From contig JBEQLE010000013.1 of the NCBI GenBank assembly GCA_040326155.1, positions 1 to 64,000 of the forward strand: a DNA stretch of 64,000 nt, in the 5' to 3' direction. Below are positions 31,406-40,697 of the stretch, piece by piece. Source of the DNA: Leptospirales bacterium (GTDB lineage: Bacteria; Spirochaetota; Leptospiria; Turneriellales; JAOUFE01). The notes under the pieces are model-generated. The model searched no databases, was not told the DNA's origin, and was given only the letters and a program-made list of their open reading frames with translations. The translations under genes and the position numbers were made by a program. Numbering within the stretch: position 1 is the stretch's first letter; each line of letters begins with the position of its first letter.

Positions 31406-31568
31406 GGGGCAATATAAATTATGAACAATTTGCGTAAATATATTTCCGGTTTTTAACGAGTTTTTCGCAAGTCGACGGCAGTGTCATTGTAATGACCGAC
31501 TACTCCCTTTTAATGTCACTTTAGGAACTGGTTGACGACAGGTAAGAACATAAACCATTGGTTAATTT

Positions 31569-32174
31569 GTGAAAAATCAACGCTATTTATTATTTCTGGC
31601 TATTGTAGCAATTTTATTGATCGGAAAACCTTTATTCGGTCAATATGAAGAGAAAGCTTATCACCCCAATATACGAATGGGATTCTGGTTCGGACCCGTT
31701 GCACCTTTTCCCGGTACAGAAATGGCAAACCGTCTTGGAACATACCTCGGTGGGGGGGTTTTTGGACGAATGAATATTCCGGCAATTCCGTTTGAAGCCG
31801 AACTTGGAATTTCATACAACAGCTACCGCTCGGACACCACGGCAGAGTTAACCACCATACCTCTTTATTTAGCTATTCTCTACCGCATACCCATTCGCAG
31901 CGAACTCGATATAAACCTGAAAGTCGGAGGCGGGGCCTCCTATGCAAAAAATTTTCCCGAGAAACACCAAAATATATTACCACTACTCTATACAGGGTTC
32001 GACCTCTCGTTTGCCGCCGGGCGAAAAACTAGAATTGGTTTAAAAGTTGATTACAATCTGCTTTATGAAAAACACCTGGATATCCCTGCTAATGCTCCCA
32101 GCGATTATACTCTTTATAATGGCCACATGCTGAACATAGGACTTATGCTAAGCTTTAGATTCAATAATGACTGA
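31569..32174 (+). CDS. Outer-membrane beta-barrel-like exported protein
   Basis: Signal peptide and amphipathic beta-strand pattern (TIPLYLAILYRIP, LKVGGGASY, NIGLMLSFRF). Confidence 0.6.
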   Translation: MKNQRYLLFLAIVAILLIGKPLFGQYEEKAYHPNIRMGFWFGPVAPFPGTEMANRLGTYLGGGVFGRMNIPAIPFEAELGISYNSYRSDTTAELTTIPLYLAILYRIPIRSELDINLKVGGGASYAKNFPEKHQNILPLLYTGFDLSFAAGRKTRIGLKVDYNLLYEKHLDIPANAPSDYTLYNGHMLNIGLMLSFRFNND

Positions 32175-32195
32175 AAATAACACAAAGATCGAAAT

Positions 32196-33455
32196 ATGAA
32201 AACTATAAAAACAATTACCCTGGGAATGATTATTGCTATTTCCGCTTGTACGAACAATCCGGTTATTTCAGATTTTGGCAACGACCGAGTAACGTTGGTT
32301 CTAAAAGGAACCTACGAATCGAACACTCCTTATGGCTGGGACACAAACCTGAATACCAGTGAGTCTATTTTCACCGGGTATGCAGGTGAAGTATTCGATA
32401 CCCAGGAAGCGTCAGCTGATATTGGTTTTTATATTGATATAGCAAATATCCGTATCGGTAGAAAAAATGCAGTTCCAGCAGGGACGAGCGATCTGGATTA
32501 CTGGGAACTCTTTGCCGAAAACCGGGTGGTCTTGTGTGATTCCAATACTGACGTAATCGGGAACAATCTGGTAAATTGCGCCTACGGAAATGGCACTTAC
32601 AAGTTAAATCAATTTTTTAAAGAAGGGTTTGAATATCCGGTAGAAGATATACCTGCCGGCCGGTATCAACACATTGGAGTATATTTTCGTAAGTTTATTA
32701 CTTTTCCTGCTGTTCTATATGATTCATCGTACAATGAACAAGAAGTATTGACTTCCATTTTCGATAACAGAACAGTATATGGCTACGATCTGAATTCGCA
32801 ATTGTTACAATATGCGAATAGCGACTCAGGCGAAGATAATCCGCTGATGATACCACTGGAAGCTACAAATTTAAATTTAAAAGTAACAGACAGTTACGTA
32901 CCTTACGTTATTGAAATTCGAATATTTATTAAAAACCAGATGATGAAACATGTTATTAAATATGGAACCAACACCTCAGCCGAAAAACCTTTGACATTTA
33001 TTGGACCGGCAGACTGGAGAACAGACCATGCGTATTCCGGTCGTGTAAGTGGTTTTCACCTTGGAAAACACCTGCTGATGACAGCCAGACTTTATGAACC
33101 CGACAATGTCGGCTCATTGTACATAACTGAAGCCTCAGTCCCTTCTGGAACAGCTACTGAATATTATACCATTGTTAAATCGGGCAATACTTTGACTGCA
33201 AAAACCTTACCATATGCTGCAACGCAAATAATAGATGTAGGAGGCGCCAGTGGCGAGGGAACAATTACAAACCTGCCTCCTGGCAATTACAAACTCTACA
33301 AAACCTGCGATGCATTCTATCGCGACTCAACCGGCGAAATAGCCGGAAATGATGGATTCCCTGAATCGATTGATGATCTAAGTGGGGTCACAGTTACTAT
33401 TACAAAAAATAACACCACCACGCAGGCAATTACCAGCAACGGAACCTGTCCCTAA
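32196..33455 (+). CDS. Putative surface lipoprotein
   Basis: Lipobox-like ISAC, beta-rich sequence and a C-terminal Ig-like segment (ITNLPPGNYKL). Confidence 0.65.
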   Translation: MKTIKTITLGMIIAISACTNNPVISDFGNDRVTLVLKGTYESNTPYGWDTNLNTSESIFTGYAGEVFDTQEASADIGFYIDIANIRIGRKNAVPAGTSDLDYWELFAENRVVLCDSNTDVIGNNLVNCAYGNGTYKLNQFFKEGFEYPVEDIPAGRYQHIGVYFRKFITFPAVLYDSSYNEQEVLTSIFDNRTVYGYDLNSQLLQYANSDSGEDNPLMIPLEATNLNLKVTDSYVPYVIEIRIFIKNQMMKHVIKYGTNTSAEKPLTFIGPADWRTDHAYSGRVSGFHLGKHLLMTARLYEPDNVGSLYITEASVPSGTATEYYTIVKSGNTLTAKTLPYAATQIIDVGGASGEGTITNLPPGNYKLYKTCDAFYRDSTGEIAGNDGFPESIDDLSGVTVTITKNNTTTQAITSNGTCP

Positions 33456-33470
33456 AAGAGAACCGTGTGA

Positions 33471-33905
33471 ATGGACCCGATTGTTTGTAAACATAAAATA
33501 CCTTCAGACAAAAGATACGTAGAACTACTTACCAACTATTTAACCAACCTGCTGCGCCTGGGTGGCTACAATGAAAGCACGAATACACAAGTAAAAGATA
33601 TAGTTTTTGCATTTAAAATAGCTTTAAAACGTGCCATAGAGTTTGCTTACGGTGATAATACCACTTCCCCTCTTCAGGTAGAATTCAAAGTTTTTTCTGA
33701 AAAACTTGAAATTACAATTCGCGATTATGGAAAATCTTATAATCCCTCGAAAAACAGCTCTTCAACTCTCGATGATTATGAAGAAAAGGGTCTGGCTCTG
33801 CATGTCATTGAAAAAACTATGGACATAGTTCGCTATACAGCTCACCACCAGAAAGGTGGTACTTTAAAACTCGTCAAAGTGCTAAAACACTTGAAAAACG
33901 GTTGA
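33471..33905 (+). CDS. RsbW/SpoIIAB-like ATP-binding protein, degenerate
   Basis: EITIRDYGKSYNP, GL.LHVIEKTMDIVRY and GTLKLVK. The N-box and G2 box are altered. Confidence 0.75.
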   Translation: MDPIVCKHKIPSDKRYVELLTNYLTNLLRLGGYNESTNTQVKDIVFAFKIALKRAIEFAYGDNTTSPLQVEFKVFSEKLEITIRDYGKSYNPSKNSSSTLDDYEEKGLALHVIEKTMDIVRYTAHHQKGGTLKLVKVLKHLKNG

Positions 33906-33916
33906 CTCATGGTCTT

Positions 33917-33932
33917 TTTAGACCGGTCTAAA
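33917..33932. promoter_or_regulatory. Perfect 16-bp palindrome TTTAGACCGGTCTAAA, candidate operator
   Basis: Perfect dyad ending 4 nt before the U32 ATG, downstream of TTGACT at 33902-33907. Confidence 0.5.
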
Positions 33933-33936
33933 TGAA

Positions 33937-35148
33937 ATGGTAGAACTTCTCGCCCCTGCCGGCAACCTTGAAAAACTTAAAATGGCTCTCCATTACGGAG
34001 CAGATGCGGTTTATGCCGGCGGAGTGCAATTCAGCCTGAGGGAACGTTCGGGCAATTTCGACCTGGACGAATTACAAAAAGCCGTTTTGTATACCCATGA
34101 ACTCGGCAAAAAAATCTACATTGCAGTCAATATCTATGCCCATAATAAAGATTTTAAAGAGCTTCCAGAGTATCTAAAAATTTTAAACGAAACCGGTGTG
34201 GATGCAATCATTGTTTCGGACCCGGGCATTCTTGCTCTGACAAAAGAGTTCGCACCCGATACCCCCCTCCACTTAAGCACACAGGCGAATACTACAAACT
34301 TCCACTCCGTTAATTTCTGGAAAAAACAGGGGGTCTCGCGTGTGGTTCTTGCCCGTGAACTTGGCTCTTCTGAAATTGCAGAAATTCGAGAAAACACAGA
34401 TGTAGAGCTCGAAATGTTTGTTCATGGAGCCCAGTGTATGGCCTATTCTGGACGCTGCTTAATTAGTAACTACCTTACTTCTCGTGGTGCCAACCAGGGT
34501 GATTGTTCCCAGTCTTGCCGTTGGAACTATACCCTTGTCGAAGACAAAAGACCCGATGAATTTCACCCTGTTGAAGAAGACGCCAGGGGAACCTACTTTT
34601 TCAACTCTCGCGATCTCTCCTTAATTGAACACCTGCCAGAAGTCATTGCAACCGGTATCCACTCGTTAAAAATCGAAGGGAGAATGAAAAGCATTCATTA
34701 TACTTCTACTGTAGTTCGGGCTTACCGCGAAGCGCTAGATCGAATTCAATCTGGAAAATATCAAGACAAAGAATCCCTCACAAACGAATTGAAAAAAGTT
34801 TCCCACCGCGCCTACTCTACAGGTTTCTTCCTGGGGCAACCGGGTACAGAAGGCCAGAGTTATGAAAGTTCTCGCCCCGAAAAAGGTCTGAATTTTCTAG
34901 GCCGTATTGAAGAGGTTCAAGATTCAACAGGCACAATAGATATACGCGGTAAATTTTCTATCGGTGACAAACTCGAAGTAATGCGGCGACGAATCGACGA
35001 TGATTTTATTTTTTCCGTAAAAGAGATCTTTGACGAAAATAATAATAAAATTGAATTCACCAAACCAAATACAAAATCAAAAGTTGTATTTGACCGCCCT
35101 GTTTCTGTAAACGATATACTCAGAATGTACGAAATAGCCCGGCAATAA
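33937..35148 (+). CDS. U32 family protein (TrhP/YegQ-like tRNA hydroxylation)
   Basis: ELLAPAG, GADAVY, HLSTQA, HGAQCMAYSGRCLIS, CSQSCRW and LKIEGRMK. Confidence 0.92.
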   Translation: MVELLAPAGNLEKLKMALHYGADAVYAGGVQFSLRERSGNFDLDELQKAVLYTHELGKKIYIAVNIYAHNKDFKELPEYLKILNETGVDAIIVSDPGILALTKEFAPDTPLHLSTQANTTNFHSVNFWKKQGVSRVVLARELGSSEIAEIRENTDVELEMFVHGAQCMAYSGRCLISNYLTSRGANQGDCSQSCRWNYTLVEDKRPDEFHPVEEDARGTYFFNSRDLSLIEHLPEVIATGIHSLKIEGRMKSIHYTSTVVRAYREALDRIQSGKYQDKESLTNELKKVSHRAYSTGFFLGQPGTEGQSYESSRPEKGLNFLGRIEEVQDSTGTIDIRGKFSIGDKLEVMRRRIDDDFIFSVKEIFDENNNKIEFTKPNTKSKVVFDRPVSVNDILRMYEIARQ

Positions 35149-35168
35149 GCCCAACCATCATCTTACTA

Positions 35169-36188
35169 TTATTTTAATATTGGGAAAACCAATTTTTTCA
35201 CTTTCTTTTCAAAGAAATAATTGATCTCGTCTCTTCCGAGCCAGTACTTGGCATCGGTCTCAGCTAATTTTGAAATTTCCATCATCGGTAATTTATCGGT
35301 TCGATCAAGTTCAATCTGCCGTTTAAACTCTGATGTTGCCCCAGTGTTGGCGATTCTAACATAATGTTCGGTTTCCAACCGCTTTTCGTTGGCAAAAAAT
35401 TGCATCAACTCTTCCAGAGCTTTTGTCTGCACATTAAGAGATAACGACAACAAAGTTTTATTCCATAATAGCATCGAAGTTTGTCTTGGTTTAATAGCCG
35501 ACCACCCATCATTATAATCAATGTTCCCCACAGAAAGTATCGCCATTTTTTTAAACTTCTTCTTTGGTCCAACGCAATATTCAAGAGCTTCCTTGATTGC
35601 CATCATAGTGGGGTTATTCGCCCACAACGCTCCATCGACCAGATTATCTGAAACTCCCTTTATGGACACAATAGGAAGATAAGAAGGAGCCGCCGACGAA
35701 GCTAAAATGACATCAACCATTTTCAATTTACCATTGGGATTCTCAGCACCAGTATGACTGGTTCGAAAAACAAAACCACGAAATGTATTGAGATCGACAG
35801 CCGAAATTGCCATTCTAGTCTGGGCATCATCCATCAAGCCATCCCCTAGAAGCCATTCCAGACTCTTGCGAAGCTGTTTATTCGAATATTTTGATTTGAA
35901 AACAATCTGTTTAATTAATCGTAAGGCTCTGATTATAGAGTAATTTGATGGCAAAATCAACGGTCCGTGTTTTTCATAAAACTCAATCACTTTGTCTGAC
36001 GATATGCCTCTCGCAAGAGCGCCACCAATAATGGACCCGGTTGAAGTCCCCGTAATTAAATCAAAATAATCAGCAATAGGACCATACTTTTTTTCGAATT
36101 TCTGAAGTATAATAGAAGAGTAAAACCCTTTAATTCCACCACCATCAATTGATAAGATTTTAAAAGTATCTTTCGAGATCGATTTCAT
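35169..36188 (-). CDS. Patatin-like phospholipase (CapV-like subfamily)
   Basis: ILSIDGGGIKG, GTSTG nucleophile, ASSAAPSY and DGALWANNP. Confidence 0.9.
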   Translation of the reverse strand: MKSISKDTFKILSIDGGGIKGFYSSIILQKFEKKYGPIADYFDLITGTSTGSIIGGALARGISSDKVIEFYEKHGPLILPSNYSIIRALRLIKQIVFKSKYSNKQLRKSLEWLLGDGLMDDAQTRMAISAVDLNTFRGFVFRTSHTGAENPNGKLKMVDVILASSAAPSYLPIVSIKGVSDNLVDGALWANNPTMMAIKEALEYCVGPKKKFKKMAILSVGNIDYNDGWSAIKPRQTSMLLWNKTLLSLSLNVQTKALEELMQFFANEKRLETEHYVRIANTGATSEFKRQIELDRTDKLPMMEISKLAETDAKYWLGRDEINYFFEKKVKKLVFPILK

Positions 36189-36520
36189 AAAAAAGTCCTT
36201 TTTGAATGCGAATATTTGTATTTACCATTAAAAAAGCCATAGTTTTGTTTCAGGCTTGCCCCGTTTTAAAAAGCCCTATCCATGACTTCAACATTCTTCA
36301 GTAAAAACATCAATGTCGCCACACTGCTGTCGTCCAGATTTTCTTTAAAACAGTTCGAGACAATTCTCACACTAGAATAGCATAATGTTGTGTCTGTCTT
36401 TCTTGTCAAGTTCTATTCAACGAATACATAGGTTCATTCAAAAAATATGTATTTATTTTTTAAAATTATGATTCTTATTGATTTTGCATTAATTATATGT
36501 GCTATTTTTTGCCAAAATAG

Positions 36521-36549
36521 TTGACAGTCGCCTTTAAGAATCGTATTAT
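36521..36549 (+). promoter_or_regulatory. sigma70 promoter, probably giving a leaderless PilZ mRNA
   Basis: TTGACA-17-TATTAT with the ATG 7 nt after the -10 and no SD. Confidence 0.65.
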
Positions 36550-36555
36550 AGTCAA

Positions 36556-36897
36556 ATGGGTAAAAGTGAAAAAAGAAAATATCCACGGGTAATGAAAGAC
36601 TTTCGAATTAATTATGCTATGCCTGGCTCATCGCATACCACTTCAAAAACATATGACATAAGCGCTTGCGGTCTTTCCTTTGAGAGTGAAAAGGTAATTA
36701 AAAATGACGCTGTAATTAAGTTGCATTTAAAAAGCAGTGCAACCGATACACACGAACTTATCGGTCTTTCTCTTATCGCAAAAATAGTGCGGCATGAAAA
36801 AAATGGCAAAGGTTATCGCATAGGGGCAGAGTTTATGTACGTTACCAAGAAAACCATGGACCTGCTTGAGGTTTACCTTTACCCCGAGTCGGAATAA
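36556..36897 (+). CDS. Stand-alone PilZ domain protein
   Basis: RxxxR (RKYPR), DxSxxG (DISACG) and YRIGAEF. Confidence 0.9.
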   Translation: MGKSEKRKYPRVMKDFRINYAMPGSSHTTSKTYDISACGLSFESEKVIKNDAVIKLHLKSSATDTHELIGLSLIAKIVRHEKNGKGYRIGAEFMYVTKKTMDLLEVYLYPESE

Positions 36898-36900
36898 CAG

Positions 36901-38256
36901 TTAATTAAGAACTCTACCAACAACCATTGTTATATCATCATACTGGATGTCTTGAAATTCAACAATTTCCGCCATTAAAGCTTCTATAATTTTGTCAGGC
37001 GCCAGTGTACCCAGTTTTTTAAAAGCGACTTCCAGCCTTTCTTGTCCATACATTTCATGGTCTTTTCGAAAAGCCTCGGTAACCCCATCCGTAAATGCAA
37101 GAATGGTATCACCTTTATTTAGTTTTATTGTGATATCGGGTAATCCGTGCTTTATGTCGTCGGTGAGCCCTATCCAGGTTCCCTCCGTTTCATATACGTC
37201 AACATCGCCGCTGCTTGCACGGTGTATCATAATGTCCTGGTGTTTTCCCGCGTACGTAATTTCCCTTTTCGTCATTTTCATTACGCAGATCGTCATATAG
37301 CGACTTACATTTAAACGCCGTATATTTTCTTTGATAATTTTATTCGCATCAGCGATAACATCAGAAGGCATAATCGCACTGTCTTCTTGTACCAAAGAAG
37401 CAATACTCGTCTGTGTCATCATCATAATAAGACCAGATTCAACTCCATGTCCCGAAACATCCCCGACCGTCATCCATAAGTGATCTTTGTCTGACTGTAT
37501 AATATCGTAATAATCGCCGCCAACTTCATCCGCTGGTATCATCTTCGCGGCAATTTCAAAATCTCCGACTGTGTTGTCTGCAGGTAACAAAGCCGTTTGA
37601 ATTTTCTTCGCAATTTCCATTTCACCCCAGAGAGCGTCTTTCGTTTTCTGAAGTTCGGCGCGAAGAAAAAATTCTTTAGAAATAAGGCTGTATTTTACAT
37701 AACCAATTGCGGTTACGATTACACCGGTGGAGGAAAGAAAGTAAAGGTTGTTAATCAGTAATTCAAGTTTAAAAGAGGCACCGGATAACGCATTCATTAA
37801 TACATATAAACTGATTGTAATAATTGCATTCGTCGCTGAGTGAACCGCCTTCCATGGCATCATAATATTTACAGCGATCATTACCAGGTTAAGACCTGCG
37901 TAATAACTTGCATCAAACCCGCCAACATCAACTGTCATTTGAACAATCATTAAACTGGCCAAAGCGGAAAGAAAATACCCGTGCCAAATACTAAATTTAC
38001 CGTATTTCGTAGATCGAATAGCGGCATACTGTAAAATCAAGATAACCGTTACTATAAGCCTGTAAGCCCAGAACTTATTAACAATATGTTCTGGAACTAT
38101 ATAATAATCTAAAAGTCCGAAAAGTGGAACAAGAGTAAAAGTCAATGGAACAAGAGTGCGCAACGCATCGTGAGTTATTTTGTGTATATAATCAACCAAC
38201 TCTGCAGGTTCTTTTTGCTTCTTAACTTTCTTTTTTTGATTTTTCATTTTATCCAT
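36901..38256 (-). CDS. Membrane sensor (PhcS-like ~6TM) fused to SpoIIE/RsbU PP2C phosphatase
   Basis: TM region with LDY..P, RLIV and YYAGLNL. PP2C motifs AKKIQTALLP, VGGDYYD, GDVSGHG, FTDGVTEA and DDIT. Confidence 0.88.
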   Translation of the reverse strand: MDKMKNQKKKVKKQKEPAELVDYIHKITHDALRTLVPLTFTLVPLFGLLDYYIVPEHIVNKFWAYRLIVTVILILQYAAIRSTKYGKFSIWHGYFLSALASLMIVQMTVDVGGFDASYYAGLNLVMIAVNIMMPWKAVHSATNAIITISLYVLMNALSGASFKLELLINNLYFLSSTGVIVTAIGYVKYSLISKEFFLRAELQKTKDALWGEMEIAKKIQTALLPADNTVGDFEIAAKMIPADEVGGDYYDIIQSDKDHLWMTVGDVSGHGVESGLIMMMTQTSIASLVQEDSAIMPSDVIADANKIIKENIRRLNVSRYMTICVMKMTKREITYAGKHQDIMIHRASSGDVDVYETEGTWIGLTDDIKHGLPDITIKLNKGDTILAFTDGVTEAFRKDHEMYGQERLEVAFKKLGTLAPDKIIEALMAEIVEFQDIQYDDITMVVGRVLN

Positions 38257-38309
38257 AATACATACCTACTATTGGCGTTCCCCATTAGACTCACGAATTT
38301 CTTCTAATA

Positions 38310-39722
38310 CTAAATTTTCTCTGGTTTTTTTACTGTTAAAAACATTTGACTTCTAGACTCTTCAAACTCGACCTTTGTATTCGCATTCGGAATTCTTTTA
38401 GCAACATTGATCATCTCTTCTTCTGTTCGGTAGATCAGTGTCCAATCGAGCCAGTATTCCATATACAACCTGGTTTCAGTTCCATCGTGGTAATTACCAA
38501 TCAACAGTTCACCGCCTGGTTTTAATAGATTATATAGTTTCTCTGTTACAGCCTGGGCGACTCGTACTGTTAAATAATCGTAAAGACCCATGGAGTAAAT
38601 ATAGTCGAATTGTCCCCACTCTTTCGAAAGGTCGGCTTTTTTAACCAGAGTTCGAACCGATTCCTGTCTGAACGTTTTATTTAGTTTTTTATTGAGACGC
38701 GACTCAATGGCCATAATACTTTCTGCCGCTTCCCCGAGTGCGCTTCTATCCTGATCAAGAAGTGTAAATTCCACTTTATCAATAATTTCCGGAGATTGTA
38801 TAATATTCTCCATTTCTTGAGCCGGACCACAAGCGACGGTCATTATACGAACTTTCTCTCCTGTCTTCTTCTTTCCTTTAGAACGTTGTTTTATGCACTT
38901 TAACACTTTTTCCGGAACCATAATTTTACGATTTCGAACTGCCTGAGCGGCTCCCGACATAATCGGATGTTTATGCATTAACTTTGCAAATATTGTTTTA
39001 CCCACATAAGCATCTTCATAGATCATGGTCATCATTTCCGAATCTCCGGCATAACCACGTGGTTTAACATTACTTCGCAAAGCAAACTCTGAAGTCTGAA
39101 TAAGATCCCACGCTTGTCGACGGAAAAAATAACCATGTAATTCATGTTCTTCCCGAGTAAAATCAGCAGTTTCTTCGGCCAGCCCTTTCAAGCGGTCATT
39201 GAAGAATTCAAAATATTTTGCACCTTCGGTTCGAATAACGGTGTCTTGTACTATAGCGTATATTTCAGGGGGTTCATCCGCATATTTAACATCAAACTCA
39301 TCAAAAAACTTTTTATACACTCTCAAGTCATATGTGAGAGCCGACACGTAATCTTTAAAAGAGTCTCGTATTTTACCTTTTTGAGCTTTAATAACCCGGA
39401 GGTTCTGGAAGTATGATTCGAGGTCAGCTGACCTGCGATATGCAAAAATATTATTAAAATCGTATACGTTATCGGTGAAGACGATTCGAGAAACAAAACC
39501 CGGTATCCCTTCTCCGCGAATTGGACTTAAATGGCATACGCCAAAACTTAATTCCTTATCTCCTGTATCAATAATTAATCCATCGTATTCTGCGTGCTCT
39601 TGAAAAACATCTTTATTCTCAAAATGGACAAGTAACGATGCACGTGTGCCATAAGCAACCTGAACGGTGGTTGTTTCTTCTCCGTTTAACAGTTTACCGT
39701 GATATATAAAATCTTCAACCAT
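38310..39722 (-). CDS. PhcB-like class I SAM-dependent methyltransferase
   Basis: KPRGYAGDSEM, AVRNR, VACGPAQE, FDYIYSMGLYDYL, GGELLIGN and MEYWLDWTLIYR, at 470 aa. Confidence 0.85.
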   Translation of the reverse strand: MVEDFIYHGKLLNGEETTTVQVAYGTRASLLVHFENKDVFQEHAEYDGLIIDTGDKELSFGVCHLSPIRGEGIPGFVSRIVFTDNVYDFNNIFAYRRSADLESYFQNLRVIKAQKGKIRDSFKDYVSALTYDLRVYKKFFDEFDVKYADEPPEIYAIVQDTVIRTEGAKYFEFFNDRLKGLAEETADFTREEHELHGYFFRRQAWDLIQTSEFALRSNVKPRGYAGDSEMMTMIYEDAYVGKTIFAKLMHKHPIMSGAAQAVRNRKIMVPEKVLKCIKQRSKGKKKTGEKVRIMTVACGPAQEMENIIQSPEIIDKVEFTLLDQDRSALGEAAESIMAIESRLNKKLNKTFRQESVRTLVKKADLSKEWGQFDYIYSMGLYDYLTVRVAQAVTEKLYNLLKPGGELLIGNYHDGTETRLYMEYWLDWTLIYRTEEEMINVAKRIPNANTKVEFEESRSQMFLTVKKPEKI

Positions 39723-39763
39723 TGGTCTTCCCCTTGTTCATGAAAGCAAACTAGTGCCTTCAT

Positions 39764-40132
39764 TTATACCCCGACAATATCAACTCTGTTATCTGATGTT
39801 TTAAAAAGATGGAGAGCTCCAAAACTTAATTCTTGCCATTTTAGAGAATCACTGTATTGCAATATACAACTACCAGTACCATTTTTTATTTTTTCAAGCA
39901 CCGATATTAAAGGTGTTATCGTAGATGAATTCATATAAGTCAATTCTTCAAAATTCATTATCACGGTCTTTGACTCATCAGAAAAGATGTCATTAAAAAC
40001 CGGTCCGAGAAATATTCCAGGGTTTATCTCGGTACTACGACCAAGCCATTTTACTGTTATTGTATTACCCTCCTCACTTACTTGTAAAGTAAGATCTTCA
40101 GCTTCGTTTTTATATTCAGGTTGTATTGCCAT
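39764..40132 (-). CDS. SiaC/STAS-like phospho-switch protein
   Basis: GRSTEINP..FLGP and F..LTYMNSST, which resembles the SiaC YFNTSS phosphosite loop. Confidence 0.7.
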   Translation of the reverse strand: MAIQPEYKNEAEDLTLQVSEEGNTITVKWLGRSTEINPGIFLGPVFNDIFSDESKTVIMNFEELTYMNSSTITPLISVLEKIKNGTGSCILQYSDSLKWQELSFGALHLFKTSDNRVDIVGV

Positions 40133-40144
40133 AATAGAAGTTCC

Positions 40145-40630
40145 TTATCTTTGATATACTGCTGACATTGCTAAAACATTATTTTCATCAACATAAAAAT
40201 CGAGTATTGAACTGCCTTCATAAGCAATTCGTGTTAACCCGAGACCACTCTCATTTTCTCCCAACTCTTTAGCACTGATCAGCTTTAGTCTTTCCACATA
40301 TGCTTCGAATGGGTTTTGATATCCTCGAATCCATTGAATAGTCTCATCGAGTTTTTTCAATTGAAGATCATCATTGCCGAGTATTTTATTTTTAACTTCA
40401 ACAATAACCGATCTACCTTCAATATCAACCGAGTAGTCAAATGTGTCGGTCATTTTTTGAGAGGCTTCATACTTAATTGCATTCTCAACCAATTCACTTG
40501 AAACCATGATTAAAGCATGAATATCATCAACAGAAAATTGATGCTCTGTTAAAAAATGTTCCAAACGTTCACGTACTTTGTTTAGTTCGTCCCATTCGGG
40601 TTTTAGTGTTAATTCCAGGGAATCTTCCAT
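40145..40630 (-). CDS. SiaB/anti-sigma-like GHKL Ser/Thr kinase
   Basis: SELVENAIKY N-box and ESGLGLTRIA G-box with a SiaB-like helical insert. ATG at 40630 has SD AGGAG. Confidence 0.8.
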   Translation of the reverse strand: MEDSLELTLKPEWDELNKVRERLEHFLTEHQFSVDDIHALIMVSSELVENAIKYEASQKMTDTFDYSVDIEGRSVIVEVKNKILGNDDLQLKKLDETIQWIRGYQNPFEAYVERLKLISAKELGENESGLGLTRIAYEGSSILDFYVDENNVLAMSAVYQR

Positions 40631-40697
40631 TAGAGAAACTCTCCTTGGCCTATCGATCTTTTTAAAATCATTGGAATGCAATTCATAATATACGGCC

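Noticed and set aside
35169..36188. CBASS anti-phage operon
   Set aside because: Only the CapV-like effector is present. No CD-NTase or cap2/cap3 gene is recognisable nearby.
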